This document shows positions 47,745 through 57,682 of a stretch of DNA of 64,000 bases, piece by piece. Under the pieces are notes generated by a model that was not told the origin of the DNA, did no database searches, and saw only the letters and a list, made by a program, of their open reading frames with translations. Position 1 is the first letter of the stretch; every line of letters begins with the position of its first letter. Made by a program: the position numbers and the translations under genes. This DNA is from an uncultured Alphaproteobacteria bacterium (lineage in GTDB: Bacteria; Pseudomonadota; Alphaproteobacteria; Rhizobiales; Beijerinckiaceae). The stretch covers positions 15,708 through 79,707 of the forward strand of contig CAWCEV010000007.1 of the NCBI GenBank assembly GCA_963794655.1, given 5' to 3'.

Positions 47745-48644
47745 TTAAGCGCCGGCGAGTGTAGCGCCTCCAGAAAGCTTCGGCTGCGTCACCTCGACGG
47801 AAACCTCCATACCCAGCTCATCGCCGGCGTCGCCGAAATAGGCGCCGGTCAGCGGCGCCGCCTGAGCGGGATCGCGCGCGACGGCGACGCGGATGAGGTC
47901 CTTGCCGCCGACCAGCCCGTTCGTCGGATCGAATTCGATCCAGCCCGCGCCGGGCAAGTAGATCTGGCACCATGCATGGGTCGCCCCTCCGCCAAGCCGG
48001 ACCGGCTCGTCGTCGTCGCGCGGAACGTAGACATAGCCGGAGACAAAACGCGCCGCGATGCCGAGCGCGCGCGCCGCCTCCATCATCAGAACCGCGAAAT
48101 CGCGGCAGGAGCCGCGGCGGCGCTCGAGGGTGTGGCGCGGCGACTGAACTCCCGCGGCCTCACGCCGTTCGTAGGAAAACCCTTCCTTGATCGCATAGGT
48201 CAGCGTCATCAGGAGATGGCTGGTTGGCGTCGTCGCCCCTGGCGCTGCGAATTGGCGCACCCAGCGGTCAAGATCGCCGGCGGGATCGCTGTACAGGCGC
48301 TCGATCGCCCGCGCGACGTCAGGCAATTCGTCCGGCGCATAGGAAAAGGGAAAGAACTGCGCTCGCGGGTCGATCTCGCCGCCGGGCTGTTCGTGGACGA
48401 CGCGCTCGACCGTGAACCGGTTTTCGATCGTAAGCGACGTAGCCGATCCGGAAAACGAGGCGATGGCGACGCAATTGTCGAATGTGTCGTAGAGCCAGCG
48501 CAGTCGCCTCGGCTCAGGGTCGATGTTGAGCTCCGACGAGACGAGCCGCTGGTCATGTCCATCGCGCGGTCGCATCATCATACGGTGGTCGCCAAACTCG
48601 ACCGGCCGCGCGTAGCGGTAGACGGTCAAATGTTGGACGTTCAA
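47745..48644 (-). CDS. transglutaminase-like family protein (N-terminal domain + core)
   Basis: (L)NVQHLTVYRYARPVEFGDHRMMMRP...RRGSCRDFAVLMMEAARALGIAARFVSGYVY...THAWCQIYLPGAGWIEFDPTNG. The start is uncertain: TTG 48644 is proposed, and the track ORF extends to 48755. Confidence 0.8.
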   Translation of the reverse strand: MNVQHLTVYRYARPVEFGDHRMMMRPRDGHDQRLVSSELNIDPEPRRLRWLYDTFDNCVAIASFSGSATSLTIENRFTVERVVHEQPGGEIDPRAQFFPFSYAPDELPDVARAIERLYSDPAGDLDRWVRQFAAPGATTPTSHLLMTLTYAIKEGFSYERREAAGVQSPRHTLERRRGSCRDFAVLMMEAARALGIAARFVSGYVYVPRDDDEPVRLGGGATHAWCQIYLPGAGWIEFDPTNGLVGGKDLIRVAVARDPAQAAPLTGAYFGDAGDELGMEVSVEVTQPKLSGGATLAGA

Positions 48645-48914
48645 AATGGCCCTGCCGGACTGCAATTCGACGCTCTCGCTCTGCCGCTCAGGCCCCGCGC
48701 GAAATGTCGTGCGCCCTTGGCCGCGCGTCAAGACCAACCGATGCGCTCGAGGCAATCCGCGATTTCGCCGTCCAGCTATGGCCGTTTTCGCCCCGCTGCC
48801 CCGCGCAGATGAAGGGAGGTGCTCGGCTTGACAATCGGCCAGCCTTGGAGGTTCGATATGAGGCTCAAAGCCTCCGCCGACGGCTTCATGCGTTAAAAAA
48901 ATCGTGCGACCGTC

Positions 48915-50052
48915 ATGACGAATTCGTGTGACGCGATCATCATCGGCGCTGGCCCGGCGGGGCTCGCTGCAGCGGCGGCGCTTAAGGCGCGGGGCGCCGA
49001 CGCGATCATTCTGGAAAAGTCTACCGGTTGGTTCTGTCTGGCGACGCCACTACGACCGCCTCCATCTGCACACGGACCGCGTCCGTTCGGGCTTGCCCGG
49101 TCTAACCATGCCGATCGGTTACGGCCGCTATCCGTCACGCCTGCAGGTCGTCGAATATTTCGAGGCCTATGCGGCGAAGTTCGTCCTCAAGCCTGTGTTC
49201 AACACATCGGTCAATTCGATTCGCCGGAATGGAAGCTGCTGGCGCGCCGAAGCGAACTCCGGCGCTTTCGTCGCGCCGATCATCATTGTCGCGACCGGCT
49301 GGGCGGATTTCCCGCATTCGCCGACCTGGCCGGGCATGAACGATTTCGTCGGCCCAATCCTTCATTCGAGCCTCTACCGCAATCCGGCCCCCTAGCCCGG
49401 CAGGCGGGTCCTTGTCGTCGGCTATGGCAATTCCGGCGCCGAGATCGCGCTCGACCTTAGTGAAGCAAACGTCGATGTAACGCTCTCGGTCCGCAGCCCC
49501 GTCAACATCGTTCCGCGCGAGCTCTTCGGCCTCCCGATCCTCGTCTTCCCGATCGCAGAGCAATGGCTGCCGCCGCGCGCGGCCGATGTCCTCAACGCGC
49601 CGGCGATCCGTCTCGCCTTCGGCTCGCTCGCAAAGGCTGGACTCACCAAAGCGGCCAAGGGGCCGCTCCAGTCGATCGCGGAGGGCGGTCGGGTGCCTAT
49701 CATCGACGTCGGGACGCTGGCCCAGATTCGCGCCGGCCGGATCAAAGTCCGCGGCGACGTTGCGAATTTCACGCCGGACGGCGTCGTGTTCAAGCAGTCA
49801 GGAGCTGAGCCCTTTGACGCCGCGATCCTCGCGACCGGATTTCGCCCAGACCTCCGCACGCTGCTACCGGACGCCAGGGGCGTCCTCAGCGCGTCCGGCG
49901 TCCCGCTCGTCAGCGGCCGGACGACCGCGGAGGCAGGTCTGTTTTTCTGCGGTGCCATCCCCTCGCCGACCGGACAATTGCGACAGATCGCTATTGAAGC
50001 GCGTGCGATCGCGGAGATCGTCGCGCGGGCCGCCCCAGCGGGCGCCGGATAG
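48915..50052 (+). pseudogene. flavin-containing monooxygenase-like FAD/NAD(P) oxidoreductase with a frameshift and an amber codon
   Basis: MTNSCDAIIIGAGPAGLAAAAALKARGADAIILEKST, then an extra nt at ~49026, then VGSVWRRHYDRLHLHTDRV...YRNPAP. An in-frame TAG at 49393..49395 follows, then PGRRVLVVGYGNSGAEIALDL...ILATGFRPD... to 50052. 1138 nt = 3n+1. Confidence 0.8.
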
Positions 50053-50123
50053 GGAGCAACACCGGCGGCGATCGCGCCTGCCCGCACGCAGCAGGGCAAA
50101 GTACGAAGACGCCGGCCGGTCCG

Positions 50124-50588
50124 TCACTTCTTCATTTTGAGCGCGGCGCCGTCAAAGGTCGTCACCATGGCTTGCATAAGTCCATCCTTGGTCATGTAGG
50201 CGTCCGAGCCGCGATAGGGCTCGGCAAGAAAATCGGCCGTTGCGACCCATTGCGTTGCGAATGTCTCGCCTACCGCCGTGCTGTGCTCGACCTTGAAAAC
50301 AATCCCTTTAAGCCCTCCGTCCTTCGCGTCCTTGCAGAAGCCGGCGAACATTTCGCCGATCGCCTTGCGTCCGGCAACGATGGCGCCGCCGGGCAGGTTG
50401 ATTTGCGCATTGTCCGGATATTGGGCGACGATGCGGCTCCAATCGCAATGATTGAGCGCGTCGAGATGCTCGTCCAGCACCGCCTGGGCGGAGGGCTGGC
50501 GCTTGATTTCCGGCAGTGCCGATTGTGCGACCGCAGCCAAGGGCGCTGCTGCGAGACCCGCCAAGAGCCCAACAAAATAGCGCTTCAT
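50124..50588 (-). CDS. secreted SnoaL/NTF2-like protein
   Basis: Signal peptide MKRYFVGLLAGLAAAPLAAVAQ; ~130-aa NTF2-like body. Family call is tentative. Confidence 0.6.
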   Translation of the reverse strand: MKRYFVGLLAGLAAAPLAAVAQSALPEIKRQPSAQAVLDEHLDALNHCDWSRIVAQYPDNAQINLPGGAIVAGRKAIGEMFAGFCKDAKDGGLKGIVFKVEHSTAVGETFATQWVATADFLAEPYRGSDAYMTKDGLMQAMVTTFDGAALKMKK

Positions 50589-50725
50589 GTCGTTCTCCCC
50601 ATGATTTTTCTTTGCGCCCGGTCGCGCGCGCTCTCGGTGCGCGCTCGACCGTACCGGCGACGAACCGCAGGAGCAAGGACGCCAATTCTGTGGACCCTGT
50701 CCGCCGAAGGACGGCAAGGGTCGGG

Positions 50726-51472
50726 CTAAGGCGGCAAACCGTCCGGAGCAAGCCCGATCTCGGCGCCGATCAATTCGTCGACCCAGGCCGGCGTCGTCTC
50801 GCTGGCGGGCCCGTAGCGCTGCTCGTCGAACAGGTCCGCGTTGTCGGCGGCCTCGAGGTTAATCTCGCACGTCCGCACTCCGAAAGCGCGCGCTTCGGCG
50901 ACGAAGCCGGCCGCCGGATAGACGGCGCCGGAGGTGCCAATAGCGACGAAGAGATCGGCCTCGCGCAGTGCGCGGTCGATCAGGTCCAAGCAGAGCGGCA
51001 TCTCTCCGAACCACACCACATGCGGGCGCAAGCTCCCGGCGCGGCCGCAGTCGATGCAGATATCCGAGGCGCCGAGATCCTCGCGCCACGCGTATACGCC
51101 ATCGCAATGCTGACAGCGCGCCTTCAAGAGCTCGCCATGCATGTGGATGACGCGCCTCGACCCCGCGCGCTCGTGCAGATCATCGATGTTCTGAGTCACC
51201 AGGGTGAGATGGCCGCCGCGTGCAGCCAGCGCCTGCTCGAGGCGCGCAAGGGCATGATGAGCGGGGTTGGGTCTCGCGTTGAGGAGGTTGCGGCGGCGCA
51301 GGTCATAAAACGCGAGCACCGCATCGGGATCGCGGGCGAAGGCTTCGGGCGTCGCGAGCTTCATCGGGTCGAACTTCGCCCAGATCCCCTGCCCGCCTTT
51401 GTCGCGAAATGTGCCAAGACCGCTCTCGGCCGAGATTCCGGCGCCGGTGAGGACGAAGATGTTTCGAGGCAT
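50726..51472 (-). CDS. cobB: NAD-dependent protein deacylase (Sir2/CobB family)
   Basis: IFVLTGAGISAESGLGTFRD...TQNIDDLHERAG...HGEL...C..C...C..C...RPHVVWFGE... Confidence 0.9.
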   Translation of the reverse strand: MPRNIFVLTGAGISAESGLGTFRDKGGQGIWAKFDPMKLATPEAFARDPDAVLAFYDLRRRNLLNARPNPAHHALARLEQALAARGGHLTLVTQNIDDLHERAGSRRVIHMHGELLKARCQHCDGVYAWREDLGASDICIDCGRAGSLRPHVVWFGEMPLCLDLIDRALREADLFVAIGTSGAVYPAAGFVAEARAFGVRTCEINLEAADNADLFDEQRYGPASETTPAWVDELIGAEIGLAPDGLPP

Positions 51473-51477
51473 GGGCC

Positions 51478-52293
51478 CTACCGCCCATGGAGCGCAAGCG
51501 CGATCTGGACGATCGCGGCGATCAGTTCGAGCACGATCAGGATCACGATCGCCGCTTCAAGCCGGGTCGCTCGATCGGCGTCGATGATGTCGGTGATCGC
51601 CTGCGCTGTGTCGCCGATGACGTCAAGTTTCCGCTTGAGCACGTCGCCGCGTTCCTCGAGCTCGTATTCGTCGGCGAGGCGGGCATAGAGGCGCCCAAGC
51701 TCGGGGTGATCCCAAAGAACGTCGGGCTTCTCCTCGACGGCAACCCGCCCCGAAACGCGATGCTGCGCGAGCAGCGCTTGACCGATGAGCTTGAGCATCT
51801 CGCGACGGCGAAACGGCGGGTGGCCGCTCGCCGCGAGTTTGGCCGCGAACGGCTCGACCACGTCGAACACGGCGTTGACCTCGCGCTCGTCGCGCGCCAG
51901 CGCCACCGTCTTGGCGAGCGCGTCGGCGATGACGAGAAAGCGAGCCGGCGACAGGTTCTTGATCTGGATCGGGCCGCCCGAGGATTTCTGTTCGTCGCCG
52001 TCGGGGGCGATCTCTAGCACCGCCGTCTCGTCGTCGCCCCGCGCGCGTTCGCCGACGACGCGCGGCCTGAGCTTCATCAGCGTGTCTTCTTCCTCGAGCG
52101 GCGTCAGCCCCACCATGACCGCGACGCCGAACCGGAACAGCGCCACCATGCCGCGCTCGCCGACCCGGAAGGCGAGCGGCAACAGCGAGATCGTATCCGG
52201 GCGCTCGAGTCCGGCAGTGTCGATGCGCTCGCCGACGATCAGGGCTCGCGCGGTCAAGCGCGTCCCGGCGGTCACGGGCGAGGCCTCAGTCAT
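51478..52293 (-). CDS. RMD1/DUF155-family protein
   Basis: 271 aa with a C-terminal TM helix (AAIVILIVLELIAAIVQIALAL) and a body resembling DUF155. Confidence 0.75.
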   Translation of the reverse strand: MTEASPVTAGTRLTARALIVGERIDTAGLERPDTISLLPLAFRVGERGMVALFRFGVAVMVGLTPLEEEDTLMKLRPRVVGERARGDDETAVLEIAPDGDEQKSSGGPIQIKNLSPARFLVIADALAKTVALARDEREVNAVFDVVEPFAAKLAASGHPPFRRREMLKLIGQALLAQHRVSGRVAVEEKPDVLWDHPELGRLYARLADEYELEERGDVLKRKLDVIGDTAQAITDIIDADRATRLEAAIVILIVLELIAAIVQIALALHGR

Positions 52294-52404
52294 GGCGTCT
52301 TTTTACGACGCCGCGTGCGCAATCGCCAGCCGCCTTGCCGTCCAAAGCGGGTGCTGTTCGGCCGGTCCCTTTGGCGATAGATTGGCGGAAACCGGAGAGC
52401 TGAC

Positions 52405-52884
52405 ATGGACGATCACAATCAGGCCCGATGGCGCCTCGACGGCGTCCGGGTGGTCCATTCGAACGAACTCGACGTCAACACTCCGCAGACCGCAGGCATG
52501 AACCGTGCGGCCGCCATCACTCACGCCCGCGCCGGCGCCGAGAAGCTCTGGGCAGGCACAGTCGTCATCCATCCCAAGGCGAAAACGGGCGCGCATCATC
52601 ACGGAGCCGTCGAGAGCGTCATCTATGTGGTGAGCGGGCGGGCGCGCATGCGCTGGGGCGACCGACTCGAATTCGTTGCCGAGGCCGGACCGGGCGACTT
52701 CATCTACGTGCCGCCCTATGTCCCGCATCAGGAGATCAACGCGCGCGACGATGAGCCGCTCTCCTGCGTGCTAGTGCGCAGCGGGCAGGAGCCGGTCGTC
52801 GTCAATCTCGATCTGCCGAATGTCGAGCCGAACCCGGAAACGGTCGAGTGGGTCGACGACCTCCATCAGCCACGACGCGGGTGA
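52405..52884 (+). CDS. cupin-domain protein
   Basis: ...GAHHHGAVESVIYVVSGRARMRWGD...GDFIYVPPYVPHQEIN... Confidence 0.75.
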   Translation: MDDHNQARWRLDGVRVVHSNELDVNTPQTAGMNRAAAITHARAGAEKLWAGTVVIHPKAKTGAHHHGAVESVIYVVSGRARMRWGDRLEFVAEAGPGDFIYVPPYVPHQEINARDDEPLSCVLVRSGQEPVVVNLDLPNVEPNPETVEWVDDLHQPRRG

Positions 52885-52903
52885 TCCAGCGACGAACTGC
52901 GCT

Positions 52904-53563
52904 CTACCGCCTCAAGACCGGATGCGGCTTGCGCGCCTCCCAGCCAGCGCGCTCGAGCTCCGGGACCAAATGCTCCTCGCGCGGAAAGCCGACGCAAAGA
53001 TAGGCTATGAACGTCCAGCCGCGCGGCACGTCGAGCGCATCGGCGAGGGCCGCGGGGTCGAGAATCGACACCCACCCGACGCCAACGCCGCGCGCTCGCG
53101 CCGCGAGCCAGAAAGTGTGCAGCGCGCAAATTGTCGAATAGCGGCGCGTCTCCGGCATGGTGCGCGCGCCGAGACCATGGCCCTGCTCGGTAGCCTCGTC
53201 GCAGAAGACCGCCACATGAACCGGAGCGTCGTGCAGGCCCGCGAGCTTGAGCCTCGCGTAGAGCGCGGCGCGTTCGCCGCGATAGGCCGTTAGCGCGTCG
53301 CGATTGGCGGTCTCGAAATTGGCGCGGATCAAGGCTCGCCGATCCTCGTCGTCGATCCGCACGAACCGGGTCGGCTGGCAATTGCCGACCGAGGGCGCGA
53401 GCGCTGCAAGCTCGAAGAGCCTGGCAAGCGTGCCTTCATCAGGCTTTTCGCCGGGGCGAAAGTGTCGCACGTCGCGCCGCCAGGCCAGAAGATCGGCGAA
53501 AGAAGCCCGGAAGGCCTCGTCGAACTCAGGCGCTTCGCTCAAGGCCTGGGCCGATTTCGCCAT
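52904..53563 (-). CDS. bluB: 5,6-dimethylbenzimidazole synthase (BluB, nitroreductase fold)
   Basis: ...LLAWRRDVRHFRPGEKPDEGTLARLFELAALAPSVGNCQPTRFVRIDD...GVGWVSILDP...; 219 aa. Confidence 0.85.
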   Translation of the reverse strand: MAKSAQALSEAPEFDEAFRASFADLLAWRRDVRHFRPGEKPDEGTLARLFELAALAPSVGNCQPTRFVRIDDEDRRALIRANFETANRDALTAYRGERAALYARLKLAGLHDAPVHVAVFCDEATEQGHGLGARTMPETRRYSTICALHTFWLAARARGVGVGWVSILDPAALADALDVPRGWTFIAYLCVGFPREEHLVPELERAGWEARKPHPVLRR

Positions 53564-53799
53564 CGCCGCTCCTTTTCTTCGGGCGCGCTATCACCCGTCC
53601 GTCTCAAGGCATAACGCTCCGCGGGCGCTGTCGGCAAAAATAATATGGCGGCCGAAGGCCCTCATTTTGCGGCGACGGGCCTCCCCTCGTCGTCTGATAG
53701 TCTTGGAAAGTCTCCGTTCCGGTCGCCGGCCTCATTGACATCGCCCGCCGCGCGGGTCGTCATCCTGCCTGTCGGCCGGCAGGAGGTCGGGGGTACGGA

Positions 53800-55365
53800 T
53801 TGCGCTTTCTTCGATACGCCCCTCCTGCCGCCCGCGAACCGCAGCGCAGGAAAAGAAGGCGCCGCCTCGCCGCGACCATAATGGCGGCGGCGTTGGCGGC
53901 GAGGTTGCTCGTCGGCCCGGCTTACGCCGACTCGAACCCGCTGGCGGCCGCCGGGCCGGGCGCGCCCGACTCGGGGGAACCGACGCAAACTCAGCCCGTT
54001 CAGTCAGCCCCGACAGGGGGAGCCCCTGCGACCTCCCCGAGCGCCGGACCGTTCGGCTACCTCGGCCTCTCCTGGCAAAATCAGAACCTGCTCGGCGACA
54101 TGTGGGGGGTGCGGCCTGCCTTGGCCAAGTACGGCGTCACCCTCACGATCCTCGAGAATATCGAGACGTTCGGCAATCTCAGCGGGGGCGTTAGACAGAG
54201 CGTTGAAACCGACGGCCTCACCACCGTGACCCTGCAGATGGACACCGAGAAGGCGTTCGGTCTCCAGGGCGGAACGCTCAATGCAAGCGGCCTGCAATAT
54301 TGGGGCGGCAACCTCACCGCCGACAATCTCATGGTCTTGCAGACGCTGACCGACATCGAGGCGCCGGTTGGCGTTCGACTGTGGGAATTGTGGTACCAGC
54401 AGAAGTTCGGCGACAAATTCGACATTAAGGTCGGCGAGCAGAGCCTGGACGAGGAATTCGTCATCGCTCCGAGCGGGAATTCTCTCTTCATGAACTCGGC
54501 GTCGGGCTGGCCAGCGCTGCCGTCGGCAAACTTGCCCGGCGGGGGTCCCGCCTACCCGCTTGCAGGCTTGGGCGTTCGCGGCCGGGTCCAGGCAACGGAC
54601 GCCGTCACCTTGCTCGCCGGCGTTTTCAACGGAAGCCCGATCCCCCGGGATTCGCCGAATTCCCCGACGAGCAACCCGCATGGCGTGAGCTTCCCGCTCG
54701 ACACCGGCGCACTTGCGATCGCGGAACTGCAATACGCACTGGGCTCGACCACGTCCGGCAAGCCGAGCGCCGATGGCCCGCTGCCGGGCGTCTACAAGAT
54801 CGGCGGCTGGTATGACAGCTACAAATTCAACGACCAGCAATACGACGCTTTGGGCATGCCTCTAGCGAACCCCCTGAGCAACGGCGCTCCGGCCGCGCAT
54901 CACGGCGACTTTTCACTCTACGGGGTCATGGACCAAATGATCTGGCGTTCGCGGGACAACGCCAATCGCAGCCTGAATGTCTTCTTCCGCCCGATGTTCA
55001 CGCCGTATCAGGATCGAAACCTGGTCAGCGCCAGCATCAATGCGGGTTTCGCCTTGAAGGGCCCCTTGCCGACGCGCGACAACGATAGCTTCGGCGTCGA
55101 AATGGGGACCGCATGGGCCAGCAGCGGCGCATCGGCCCGCGATAGGCAGCTGCAAGTCTACCAGCCTTTGATCTACACCCCCATTCGCTCCAACGAGACC
55201 TTTATCGAGGCGACGTACCAGTTTCAGGCCGCGCCATCCTGGGTGATTCAGCCCGACGTTCAGTACTTCATCAACCCAGGCCTCGGCATCGCCGATCCGG
55301 AACAACCCACGCAGCGGAACAAGAATGAGTTCGTTCTCGGCCTGCGCACGAACATCAACTTCTGA
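53800..55365 (+). CDS. carbohydrate-selective porin (OprB family)
   Basis: n-region RRKRRRR with ...LLVGPAYA/DS as signal, then ...GDMWGVRPALAKYGVTLTILENIETFGNLSGG...LWELWYQQKFGDKFDIKVGEQSLDEEF... ending ...LGLRTNINF. TTG start at 53800 or ATG at 53881. Confidence 0.85.
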   Translation: MRFLRYAPPAAREPQRRKRRRRLAATIMAAALAARLLVGPAYADSNPLAAAGPGAPDSGEPTQTQPVQSAPTGGAPATSPSAGPFGYLGLSWQNQNLLGDMWGVRPALAKYGVTLTILENIETFGNLSGGVRQSVETDGLTTVTLQMDTEKAFGLQGGTLNASGLQYWGGNLTADNLMVLQTLTDIEAPVGVRLWELWYQQKFGDKFDIKVGEQSLDEEFVIAPSGNSLFMNSASGWPALPSANLPGGGPAYPLAGLGVRGRVQATDAVTLLAGVFNGSPIPRDSPNSPTSNPHGVSFPLDTGALAIAELQYALGSTTSGKPSADGPLPGVYKIGGWYDSYKFNDQQYDALGMPLANPLSNGAPAAHHGDFSLYGVMDQMIWRSRDNANRSLNVFFRPMFTPYQDRNLVSASINAGFALKGPLPTRDNDSFGVEMGTAWASSGASARDRQLQVYQPLIYTPIRSNETFIEATYQFQAAPSWVIQPDVQYFINPGLGIADPEQPTQRNKNEFVLGLRTNINF

Positions 55366-55408
55366 ACGCCCCATGGATCGACGACGTAGCGACCCGAGGA
55401 GATCGCGC

Positions 55409-56784
<1,376 letters not shown>

Positions 56785-56989
56785 TGAAATCGGATTTTCC
56801 TTGAGGAGCCGCGTCCTGCGCCGTGACGCGGAGGTTGGCTTAAGCCTTGTCGCGCGCCCTCATATAGCAAGCGCGGCGGCCCCGAAAGAGCGTTTGAATG
56901 GGCGTTTTCGTTGCGGACGGGGTGGGGTTAGAGAGCCCGGTAAGACTTATCCCCAGACGCTTTGTGGCGGCGGCGAGCGGCGGCGCTGG

Positions 56990-57421
56990 CTAGCCCAAAA
57001 TGCGATCGATTTCGACCACGGCCTCGGTCACGGCGAATAGAAGAGCGGCGATTCCACGGGCTTCGTCCGCGTGTTGATCGCAATCCTCGGGTCTCTTGTC
57101 GGCGGCGCCGGCCAATTCCTCGATCCGCAGCGCCGCCTGGGCCACGCGCCCGGCGCCGACCGAAAGCGCCGAGCCGCGCAGTTTATGCGCGATTTTTGCC
57201 TTTGATTCCAGCGACAAAAGCGACTGATCGGCCAGTTGCGCGGTCAGCGCCGGGGCCTGCAGCCGGAACAGCCCCAACAATTCCGCCTCAAGCTCGTGGT
57301 CGCCGAGGCACTGGCGCGCAAGATGGACGAGGTCGAGCGGTGGATCGAGGGCCCCTGCCCTCGATTCGTCCAGATTGGAAGCGATCGCCGCCCGCTTCAA
57401 GGCTCCCGGACCCTCACGCAT
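56990..57421 (-). CDS. Hpt (histidine phosphotransfer) domain protein
   Basis: ...KAKIAHKLRGSALSVGAGRVAQAALRIEE... matches the HxxKG....GA Hpt motif; 143 aa. Confidence 0.7.
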   Translation of the reverse strand: MREGPGALKRAAIASNLDESRAGALDPPLDLVHLARQCLGDHELEAELLGLFRLQAPALTAQLADQSLLSLESKAKIAHKLRGSALSVGAGRVAQAALRIEELAGAADKRPEDCDQHADEARGIAALLFAVTEAVVEIDRILG

Positions 57422-57682
57422 CGCGCCCCCGCCAGTCCGCGACCCCCCGAAAACCGGCAGGCGCGGCCGATAATAGGCTGAAGATAATGGAGATTCGTGG
57501 TAACCGAAGCGTTAACGACGTTTGCATTATGAGCGGCTCACGCGGTTTTCATCCTTGAGGCGCGGCGGTAGACTGCAACGTGGTTAATTCACAGTGTTTG
57601 GTCCGGCCAAGGGAAGCTGGAAAACGCTGGCGTGCGGCTGGGTCGTTCTGGCGACCGAGGCCGATGGAGTGAGGCGCACACG

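Noticed and set aside
53564-53800. Cobalamin riboswitch upstream of bluB (or of the divergent porin gene)
   Set aside because: I looked on both strands for the B12 box (AGYCMGG.G.CCKGCC) and the GGGAA/GGUG/GCCACUG core. Only loose fragments turned up (CCCGCC ... CATCCTGCC on the + strand). That is not enough to call without a covariance-model search (Rfam RF00174).
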